A DNA stretch of 64,000 nucleotides from positions 6,813 to 70,812 of the forward strand of contig CAXMOD010000119.1 of the NCBI GenBank assembly GCA_964194905.1, in the 5' to 3' direction. Under the pieces are notes generated by a model that did no database searches, was not told the origin of the DNA, and saw nothing but the letters and a program-made list of their open reading frames with translations. Positions 54,401 to 60,928 of the stretch are shown one piece after another (position 1 is the first letter of the stretch; the number at the start of each line of letters is the position of its first letter). The stretch comes from an uncultured Desulfobacterales bacterium (GTDB lineage: Bacteria > Myxococcota_A > UBA9160 > JAFDET01). The translations under genes were made by a program, and so were the position numbers.

Positions 54401-54975
54401 GCGAACGGCTCCAGCTCGCGCTGGATGGCGAGCGCCGTGGTCACCGCCCGGTGCGGCGCATCCTCCAGCGCGAGCGGCGCGCCGAAGAGCACCATCACCC
54501 CGTCGCCGAGGAACTGATTGACGGTCCCCTCGTAGTGGTGGACCTGGTCCAGGATCACCGCGAAGCAGCGGTCCATGATCTCGTGCATCGCTTCGGCGCC
54601 CACGCGCTCGGCCAGCGGCGTGGAGTCCACCAGATCGCAGAAGAGCACCGTCACGTGCTTGCGCTCGCCCTCGAGCGCAGCGCGCGTCTGGAGGATGCGC
54701 TCCGCCAGGTGCTTCGGCGTGTAGGCGCGCGGATCGCGCTCGGCGGACGCCGGCGACGCGGCCTCGGACGCAGCGGGCTCTTCGATTCCGGCGCCGCACG
54801 CGCTGCAAAACGACGCGTCGGCCGGGTTCGGGTGGCCACAGACGCTGCAGCCGCGCTCCAGGGCACGCCCGCACCCGTTGCAGAAACGGGCGTCCTTCGG
54901 GTTCTCGCGCCGGCAGGCCTGGCACTGCACGGGCTGAGTATAGGCTGAGTCGGCCGGTTCCTGGGTCGGCGCCAC
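51409..54975 (-). CDS. Double zinc-ribbon + class III adenylate/guanylate cyclase + P-loop (STAND-like AAA) NTPase + TPR protein
   Basis: ORF 51409..55080 trimmed to GTG 54975 (1-nt TAGTG overlap with the PLD stop). Zn ribbons CQACRREN...CNGCG and CSVCGH...CSACG. Cyclase motifs VTVLFCDLVDST, FLGDGVMVLFG and AIGDTTNLAARLE. Walker A is VGEAGIGKS, followed by a long TPR-like C-terminus. Confidence 0.9.
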   Translation of the reverse strand: MAPTQEPADSAYTQPVQCQACRRENPKDARFCNGCGRALERGCSVCGHPNPADASFCSACGAGIEEPAASEAASPASAERDPRAYTPKHLAERILQTRAALEGERKHVTVLFCDLVDSTPLAERVGAEAMHEIMDRCFAVILDQVHHYEGTVNQFLGDGVMVLFGAPLALEDAPHRAVTTALAIQRELEPFAAGVRASHGVDFRMRIGIHSGPVVVGRIGNDLRMDYTAIGDTTNLAARLEGLAPPGGVIISDATKALVEGYFELEDLGALSVKGKSEPVRAYRVLEAREGLGRVEARARAGLTPLVGRRHELAALERAFVSAAEGKGQVVFLVGEAGIGKSRLRYEFQRTLEGRPHEWVEGRCMTYARDFPFHPIVDGLRRRFGIEEADDDPTIQRKIEADEARSGGGLEWTLPYMRLLLSLPSGDEEVDAQDAATRRSETFRAVCARFQRLCEQVPFVLVVEDIHWIDRASEEFLQYMIHSIPASRSLLLLTHRPGYNHPFGDRSYHTRLALQPLSKPEMGRMAEAMLDSSGVPEALSGLIADRAEGNPFFIEEMVQSLVEDGSVRKGGSTVELVRDVGSLSVPGSIQEVLMARLDRLDEEPKRALQIGAVIGREFALRLLDRIVEAGDRLGPMIEELRALELIYEKASHPELAFMFKHALTRDVAYDSVLEGRRRVLHRIVGLAIEELYRDRLAEHVEQLAHHFTAAEEWDKAFLYTVRAAEKAAGAFANQSAVEHARRALEIADRLGDAVDSDTRRQIEELQGMANMAMSRFQESGDALLRAAELASVPGDRAINLGRAAHSFFWGHHYSALKAAVAEGERFSIEHGLTDGLAFAKAMSTFECATRGRWEEYGAGIREVTKLDPTHPEVQVVLHYLHGQAAEWTGDYRTSAVVQRAGIELAKKHSLPGLMILIQWFRAKALCCTGEYGESLNQLQEACGLAERLGDHAHRARMLNTLGWVYGEIAAYERAAEHDRRSVTLAEEMLELDLVAGIAEIHCNASVNLACSRIAVGDVDLADELLEPVRLEHDEGVDPWMRWRWSIHLADAEARLALARGDPEAALRHTEAEVEAARRNSARKLVARGLELRGRACLVMDDRDAAEASLREALEEAEAIGYPPAMWRAAALLGELAERTGDGSGADRARALSRSRLEAAAGTLGDEEIRRRLQDFGARLLEDPLATCR

Positions 54976-56534
54976 TAGAGCTGTCCCTCGATGGGCAGCA
55001 GGGCCAGCAGCCCCACCGAGAAGCGCGCCCACCAGCTGGTGTCGGGCTCGTGCGTGCGTCGCTCGTCGCCGGCCTCCCATACGAGCCGCCCTTCGTCGAG
55101 GGAGAGCCGCCAGGCGAACTCCGGTCCTGTGAGCTTCTCGAAGCCGATCGCCTGTCGCTCCGCGAGCTCGGCGCTCTCGACCACCAGACCGAGCTCCGTG
55201 TTGAGGTCCACGGAGCGGGGATCTAGGTTCAGCGAGCCGACGAAGACCGTGCGCCGGTCGAAGCCGAAGGTCTTCGCGTGCAGGCTGGCGGACGACGACC
55301 CGAGGAGCCCCGAACGTTTGGCCTCCCGGAACGCCTGACCGCCGCGCTTCAACTCGTAGAGCTCCACGCCCGCCTCGAGCAGCGACTTGCGGTAGCCCTT
55401 GTACCCCGCGTGCACCGCGGGGACATCGGTGGCAGCGAGCGAGTTGGTGAGGATCCGCACGCGCACGCCGCGTTCCCGCGCCGCGCGCAGGTAGTCGGTA
55501 CCCGAATCGCCGGGAATGAAGTACGGCGAAACGATGAGCAGCTCCGAGCGCGCGTCATCGAAGAGCGGTCCCAGGCGCTTGGAGAGGAGTGTCCGCTCCA
55601 GGTCGGCGCCGCGTGCCTCGATCTTCTCGGGCAGGTCCGCCACCGCCCGCGTGGGTGCCCAGGTCACCTCGAGTTTCCCGTCCGCGACGTCGAGCACCAG
55701 GGTCGAAGAGCGCAGGCGCTCTGCGTACGGAGAGTCGCGGTGCTCCTCCACGTGCTCGGCCAGCTCCGCGCGCAGCGCATCCAAAGCATCCCGATCGGCG
55801 CGCAGCGAGCCGAATGTGGAAGCGGGGACCGCGTAGCGGCCGTTCCAGTAGAGGTCGAAGCTCTCGCCCAGCTGGGGCAACACGGGGCCGAAGGCCAGCA
55901 GGTCGAGGTCCGCGAAATTCACGCCTTCGGCCGCGTCGAAGTACTCGTCCCCGATGTTGCGCCCGCCCACGACCGCGCCCACTCCGTCCACCGCGAGCAT
56001 CTTGTTGTGCATGCGGTGGTTCAGCCGGAAGGGACGGCTCATCAGGTCGAGCGGGCGCAGCAACGCGCCGCGCCGCAGTGGGTTGAAGAGGCGTACCTCC
56101 AGGTTGGGGTGGGCATCGGCGGCCGCGATCAGGGGATCCATGCCGGCGGACCCGAGATCGTCCAGCAGCAAGCGCACGCGCACTCCGCGGTCGGCAGCGG
56201 CCAGCAGCACCGACAGGAAGATCCGGCCCGTCACGTCGTCGTGGAAGATGTAGTACTGCACGTCCACCGCGCGCTCGGCCGCCTCGATCAGCAGGATGCG
56301 CGCGGCGAAGGCATCGAGTCCGGGGCCCAGCGAATACAGCGCCGAAAGCCCCGGGTGGGCCGTTAGACGCGGCGCTGCTCGTCGTCCGAGGGAGGTCTCT
56401 TGCGGACGGTCCCACGCCGACGTGCGCGGCGGAGGCTCGCTGGGCACGGGGTGGGCGCAGCCGGTCAAAGAGACGAGGAGCGAAAGTGCGGCCATGGCAA
56501 GGAGGGAGGCGCGGGACCCAGCAAGTTCGAGCAC
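54975..56534 (-). CDS. Phospholipase D-family lipoprotein (two HKD motifs)
   Basis: 519 aa. Lipobox LVSLTGC, HKD-1 HNKMLAVDG...GGRNIGDEY, and HKD-2 SLHAKTFGFD...GSLNLDPRS. Confidence 0.9.
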   Translation of the reverse strand: MLELAGSRASLLAMAALSLLVSLTGCAHPVPSEPPPRTSAWDRPQETSLGRRAAPRLTAHPGLSALYSLGPGLDAFAARILLIEAAERAVDVQYYIFHDDVTGRIFLSVLLAAADRGVRVRLLLDDLGSAGMDPLIAAADAHPNLEVRLFNPLRRGALLRPLDLMSRPFRLNHRMHNKMLAVDGVGAVVGGRNIGDEYFDAAEGVNFADLDLLAFGPVLPQLGESFDLYWNGRYAVPASTFGSLRADRDALDALRAELAEHVEEHRDSPYAERLRSSTLVLDVADGKLEVTWAPTRAVADLPEKIEARGADLERTLLSKRLGPLFDDARSELLIVSPYFIPGDSGTDYLRAARERGVRVRILTNSLAATDVPAVHAGYKGYRKSLLEAGVELYELKRGGQAFREAKRSGLLGSSSASLHAKTFGFDRRTVFVGSLNLDPRSVDLNTELGLVVESAELAERQAIGFEKLTGPEFAWRLSLDEGRLVWEAGDERRTHEPDTSWWARFSVGLLALLPIEGQL

Positions 56535-56565
56535 GGCGCCACCCTAGGAGCCATCGGGGCCGTGG

Positions 56566-57579
56566 TCAATCAGCCCGAGGACTCTCCGCGGGATGGGACA
56601 AGAGCGTGATCGCGAGGCTTCCGATCATCGCGACCACTGCGGCGATCAGATTTCCCACCGCAAGGCCCTCCGCCGACGAACCGGCGGCGTCCACCGCGAA
56701 GTAGATGTCGAACTTCGCGATGTAGATGTAGAGGTGTCCCACGACGTACACGAGTGGGAAGATCATCAACAAGCGGTCGCGGCTGACGTTCGGCTTCTTG
56801 AAATTGAAGACGAAGACCAGGCCCGCCAGGCCGAAGAGGATCCCGTACAACGCAGCTGCCTGGGGGATCATGCCGTTGCGCGCAAGAAGGTTGTACGGAA
56901 CGAACAAGGCCATGCCGAGCAGGCAGACGAGAACGGGAATCGCAGCGACACCGGCGGCGATCACTTGGGTGCTCCTCCCCCGTGCCACCCAGTCCCAGCA
57001 GATGATCCGGCTCACGAACGCGAACGTCCCGGTGAACGCGAAGAACCAGAAGTAGCTGGTGATGGGAACGGCGTTCAGATACGGCCAGGTGGTGGGGTCG
57101 GCGCGGTCCCAGATCCACCAGCCCAACATCGGACCGAGGTTGTCGAAGATCAGATACGTCAGCCCGCCGTAGAAGCCGACGCTGATCGCCTCGATCAGCG
57201 GAGAGAACCCGTAGCGCCGGATGGTCATGCACGCGTGGTAGATGAACGCCGGATAGAAGAGCGCGATGTAGAGCGGAAGCCTGTTGTACAGGAACATCAC
57301 CGAGAACTCGCCGTGCCAGAAGTTCTCGACGGTGTAGTACGACGCGATGTCGATGAGCAGGCCGTAGGTGAAACAGCTCAGGAGCGTGAGGAGGGCGGAA
57401 GCGTTGCCGTGCTCTCGTCGATGGCGAACAGCGTGGGCAACCGCGCAGACGGTCCCGATCACCAGGATCGCCTCGATCGCCAGGAAGCTCCAATCCTTCA
57501 GCGCGCTGGGGGCGTTGAAGTACACCAGAGCCTGCAGGGCTTCGGTGTTGCGCATCGCATAGGAGATGTGGTCTTCCAA
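56566..57579 (-). CDS. Polytopic integral membrane protein of unknown function
   Basis: 337 aa with about 9 hydrophobic segments. It is rich in aromatic residues (WWIWDRADPTTWPY). I cannot assign a family. Confidence 0.7.
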   Translation of the reverse strand: MEDHISYAMRNTEALQALVYFNAPSALKDWSFLAIEAILVIGTVCAVAHAVRHRREHGNASALLTLLSCFTYGLLIDIASYYTVENFWHGEFSVMFLYNRLPLYIALFYPAFIYHACMTIRRYGFSPLIEAISVGFYGGLTYLIFDNLGPMLGWWIWDRADPTTWPYLNAVPITSYFWFFAFTGTFAFVSRIICWDWVARGRSTQVIAAGVAAIPVLVCLLGMALFVPYNLLARNGMIPQAAALYGILFGLAGLVFVFNFKKPNVSRDRLLMIFPLVYVVGHLYIYIAKFDIYFAVDAAGSSAEGLAVGNLIAAVVAMIGSLAITLLSHPAESPRAD

Positions 57580-57604
57580 GAGCGTATTCCTTCCCCGTCC
57601 TTCC

Positions 57605-58768
57605 CTAGAACGGCAACGGTTCGAGGCCGAGCCTCGCCTTCACGGTCTCGACATAGTTTCGCTCGTCGAAGACGAGGTGGGCCGCCCCGACGTACATGTC
57701 CCGGAAGCAACGCTGAAGCAGACTCGGATTGCGCATCCCGTGGCTACCCGAAGCCTCGTAGGCAAACGTGACCGCGGCCTTCGAGACTTCCGTCGCCCAG
57801 CTGGCGGCGGCGCGCGTCTCGCGGATTCGCACCTTGCACTCTTCCTTCGATTCGCCGCGCTCGATGGCTGCGACGGTGCTTCCGTAGACCTCGTGGGCGA
57901 GCAGGCGCGCGGCCTTGAGCGCCATGCTGTGAACGCCGAAGTCCCGCTGGAAGATCTGCTGCTCGCGCAGCGCGGGCGAGCCCATGCGGGTGCGCCCCGC
58001 CTTCACGATCTCCACGATCTCCGAGAGCGCGCGTTCGGCCACGCCCAGCGCCCAGGCAACGGAACTGATCGTCCCGAGCGGAATGGGCCCGAGGCCGTAG
58101 AGCGCACCGCCGGTCGTGGGATCGGTCTCGAAGATCGAGAAGGTCATGCCGGCGTGGACGGTCTGCTCGGGAACCTCGTAGTCGAAGCTGCCGGTTCCGC
58201 TCAGCCCCATCACGTCCCAGTTGCCCTTGAACGCCACGCGATCCGCCGGGACGATGAAGGCGCGGATGCCGGGAAGGCCGTCTACGAACGGAGCCATCTC
58301 GCCGTCGTGCATCTCCATGCCGGCTCCACCCATGAACTCGGAGTGGCTGCAGCCGCTGCCGAACTGGAAGCGGCCGGAGACCCGGAAGCCGTCGCGCTGT
58401 TTGTGGACGACGCCCAGCGGCGCAAACTGGCCCGCGCCTGCCCGCGATCGGGCCAGCGGAAGCGCGAACTCGGGGTCGAGGTAGGCCGAGTAGCCCAGAA
58501 CACTCGTGTTCTGCGCGTAGGCCCAGCCGACGGAACCGTCGGCGTACGACAACTCTTCGCAGACATCGAGGATGGTGCTCGGGTCGGCCTCGAAGCCGCC
58601 CAGGGCTTCGGGCACCAGCAGGCGAAAGAGGCCCGACTCCACCAGCGCATCCACGATCGGCGGCGTCATGCCCAGGCTCTTCTCCACCTGGTCGGCCTCG
58701 GATTCGATCAGCTCACGGAGGCTTCGGGCGGCGCTTCGCAGGTCGGCCGGCGGATCGGTCACAGACAC
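57605..58768 (-). CDS. Acyl-CoA dehydrogenase-fold flavoprotein (ACAD or DszC/HpaB-like group)
   Basis: 387 aa with a GTG start preceded by AAGGAG 7 nt upstream. The ACAD middle-domain pattern is GFRVSGRFQFGSGC...WDVMGLSGTGSFDY, followed by a C-terminal helical domain. Confidence 0.85.
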   Translation of the reverse strand: MSVTDPPADLRSAARSLRELIESEADQVEKSLGMTPPIVDALVESGLFRLLVPEALGGFEADPSTILDVCEELSYADGSVGWAYAQNTSVLGYSAYLDPEFALPLARSRAGAGQFAPLGVVHKQRDGFRVSGRFQFGSGCSHSEFMGGAGMEMHDGEMAPFVDGLPGIRAFIVPADRVAFKGNWDVMGLSGTGSFDYEVPEQTVHAGMTFSIFETDPTTGGALYGLGPIPLGTISSVAWALGVAERALSEIVEIVKAGRTRMGSPALREQQIFQRDFGVHSMALKAARLLAHEVYGSTVAAIERGESKEECKVRIRETRAAASWATEVSKAAVTFAYEASGSHGMRNPSLLQRCFRDMYVGAAHLVFDERNYVETVKARLGLEPLPF

Positions 58769-58794
58769 GGCTGGGCTCCTTTGGCCGGCAGTCT

Positions 58795-58830
58795 ATCATA
58801 CGTTCATACATTTGTTGAATGATGTATGAT
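58795..58830. promoter_or_regulatory. AT-rich composite operator: four TCAT(A/T)C half-sites arranged as nested inverted repeats (probable TetR site)
   Basis: TCATAC at 58796-801 and 58804-809 on the top strand. GAATGA at 58817-822 and GTATGA at 58824-829 are bottom-strand copies. The symmetry centre is about 58812/13. The site sits in the 99-bp divergent region between the ACAD and TetR genes and is by far the most AT-rich patch nearby. Confidence 0.5.
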
Positions 58831-58867
58831 ATTCTGCGCTCGAGGCCGGAACCCAGGAGAACCCTCC

Positions 58868-59464
58868 GTGCAGCGACGAAAGGCGTGGAACGGCGAGCCG
58901 CCCAGGACCCAGGCCGAGGCCCGGCGCTTCCTGCTCGACGTCGCGCGCGGCTGCGTCGAGCGCTTCGGCATGTCCAAGGCCAGCCTCTCCGACGTGGCGG
59001 AGGCGGCGGGCGTGACCCGTCAGACCGTGTACCGCTACTTCGACGACGCCGACGACCTCTTCCAGTCCGCAGCCGTCCTCGCGAGCGGGGGCTTCCACGA
59101 ACGCCTGCGCCGGCGGGTGCTGGCGCGCGGCAGCCTGGCCGAGCGCATGGTCGAAACACTGGTGCTCGCCATCCAGGAGATCCCGAACGATCCGCACCTC
59201 AGCGCCCTCGTGAAGTCGCGGGACCATTTCACCGTCTCCTCCACGCTCCCGCTCTTCTTCGTCCAGGAGGAGATGATGGCGCTGGCGGACGGGGATCTGA
59301 GCCTCAGCGAGGTCGAGCGCGACGAGCTCTCGGAGATCCTTCTGAGGCTGCTTCACTCGTTCCTCTCCGATCCGGGCGAGCCCCGGACCGAGGAAGAGCT
59401 GCGCGCCTTTCTCTACGAGTGGCTGGTCCCGATGATCGAGGAAAAGCTCGGCGCGACGGCCTGA
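58868..59464 (+). CDS. TetR/AcrR-family transcriptional regulator
   Basis: HTH SLSDVAEAAGVTRQTVYRYF. The track starts at ATG 58826, but GTG 58868 has AGGAGA 7 nt upstream and is preferred. Confidence 0.85.
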   Translation: MQRRKAWNGEPPRTQAEARRFLLDVARGCVERFGMSKASLSDVAEAAGVTRQTVYRYFDDADDLFQSAAVLASGGFHERLRRRVLARGSLAERMVETLVLAIQEIPNDPHLSALVKSRDHFTVSSTLPLFFVQEEMMALADGDLSLSEVERDELSEILLRLLHSFLSDPGEPRTEEELRAFLYEWLVPMIEEKLGATA

Positions 59465-59477
59465 GCTGCGCGCCCGT

Positions 59478-60911
59478 TCATGAGCCCGTCACGGCCGGCG
59501 TCGCCGACTCCTTCTCCACCGCTTCCACGAGTTCCGCCAGTGCGCCGGGCACCTCCTCGGCCAGCGCCCAGACGTCGTCCACCAGGTCCGGGTCGGCGAC
59601 GAAGCCCACGTCCACCTTTCCCATGTAGCTGACGACGGTGATGTTCAGGCCCTGGCTGGGCATGAGGATCGAGAGCGGGTACATGGTCTCGATCTTCGCG
59701 CCCGCCACGTACAGCGGAACCGGCGTCCCGCGCACGTTGGAGACCAGAACGTTCCCGGGCGTCATGACCGAGGCCATGCTCGGGGCGAAGGTTCGCATGA
59801 AGAAGTTGGTTAGGCCGGGCGGGAGGGCGTCGCCCACTCCGGCCAGCATGTCCGCGTCGTAGTTCGCAGACACCTCCTTGGAGACGTCGGCGTTGCGGTG
59901 GATCTTCTTCAAGCGCTCGACCGGGTCCGGCTCGTCGGTGGCCCACACGCAGGGAACCATCGTGACCCGGTTGCCCGTTGCGTCGTCGCCCTCGGCTCGC
60001 GTGGAGACCGCGATGATGGAGACGAGGCTCTCGTCGGGGAGCTCGCTTCGCTTCAGCAGGTAGTTGCGCAGCGCCGTGCCGGTAATGGCCAGCACCACGT
60101 CGTTGACTGTGACGTCGTAGTGCTTCTTCACGGTCTTGACGTCGTCCAGGCAGACGCTGGTGCCGGAGAACGAGCGGCGCGGTCCGACGTCCCGATTGAA
60201 CGGGGAGTCGGGGATGGAGAACGGGAGCGGCGGCGCGCCCTCCTGGCCCGACGCGAGCAGCATTCCCGCGGTCTGGCGCAGCATCCTCGCGCCGAAGCCG
60301 AGCAGCTTGCCCGGGCCCTCGGCCAGGTGCCTGGCCGCGCGCAGTCCGATCTCGAGATCGCTGTAGGTGGGCTCGGCCTTCTCGTCGGCGGCGGCACGAG
60401 CCAGCGCCGCCGGCGGGAGCTGGCCCGGCGTGGGGTTGGGCTCGAGATCGCAGAGGAGCTCGCCCATGCCGGCGCCGGAGGCGCCGTCCATCAGGCAGTG
60501 GTGGCTCTTCATGAACATGGCGCACTTGCCGCCTTCGACCCCCTCGATGAACCAGAGCTCCCAGAGCGGGCGATCGCGGTCGAGAGGCCTGCTGTGCAGA
60601 TAGCTCGCCAGCTCGGCCAGCTCGCGCAGGCCGCCGGGGCTGGGAACGGCGATGCGGTGGATGTGGTTGCGGGTGTCGAAGTCCGGGTCGTCCACCAGGT
60701 AGGGACGATCGAGGCCCAGCGGCAGCTCGAAGAGCTTGCGCGTGAGGCGCGGCTCGAGGCGGATGCGTTGGTCCACCGTCTTCACGAGCTTCTCGAAGCT
60801 GAAGTCCGAGCTCGTCGTCGGGTCGAGGATGGTGAGGCCGCCCACGTGAGCGGGGGCTCCGGGGGTTTCGAGCGCCAGGAAGGCGGTGTCCGAGCCGGGA
60901 AGCTGTTCCAT
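59478..60911 (-). CDS. Wax ester synthase / diacylglycerol acyltransferase (WS/DGAT)
   Basis: ORF 59478..61235 trimmed to ATG 60911 (MEQLPGSDTAFLALE). Canonical catalytic motif HHCLMDGASG, with PLWELWFIEG upstream and the C-terminal NVPGP-like SNVRGTPVPLY. Confidence 0.9.
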   Translation of the reverse strand: MEQLPGSDTAFLALETPGAPAHVGGLTILDPTTSSDFSFEKLVKTVDQRIRLEPRLTRKLFELPLGLDRPYLVDDPDFDTRNHIHRIAVPSPGGLRELAELASYLHSRPLDRDRPLWELWFIEGVEGGKCAMFMKSHHCLMDGASGAGMGELLCDLEPNPTPGQLPPAALARAAADEKAEPTYSDLEIGLRAARHLAEGPGKLLGFGARMLRQTAGMLLASGQEGAPPLPFSIPDSPFNRDVGPRRSFSGTSVCLDDVKTVKKHYDVTVNDVVLAITGTALRNYLLKRSELPDESLVSIIAVSTRAEGDDATGNRVTMVPCVWATDEPDPVERLKKIHRNADVSKEVSANYDADMLAGVGDALPPGLTNFFMRTFAPSMASVMTPGNVLVSNVRGTPVPLYVAGAKIETMYPLSILMPSQGLNITVVSYMGKVDVGFVADPDLVDDVWALAEEVPGALAELVEAVEKESATPAVTGS

Positions 60912-60928
60912 GCTGTCTCTCTCTTTCT

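Noticed and set aside
51409-56534. PLD-family protein plus STAND-like NTPase interpreted as an anti-phage defence pair
   Set aside because: The PLD has a lipoprotein signal peptide and a phospholipase/cardiolipin-synthase-like two-HKD layout, not a cytoplasmic nuclease layout. The NTPase is the common cyclase-ATPase-TPR signalling architecture. No other defence-island hallmarks are present: no mobile genes, no compositional shift, no neighbouring defence genes.
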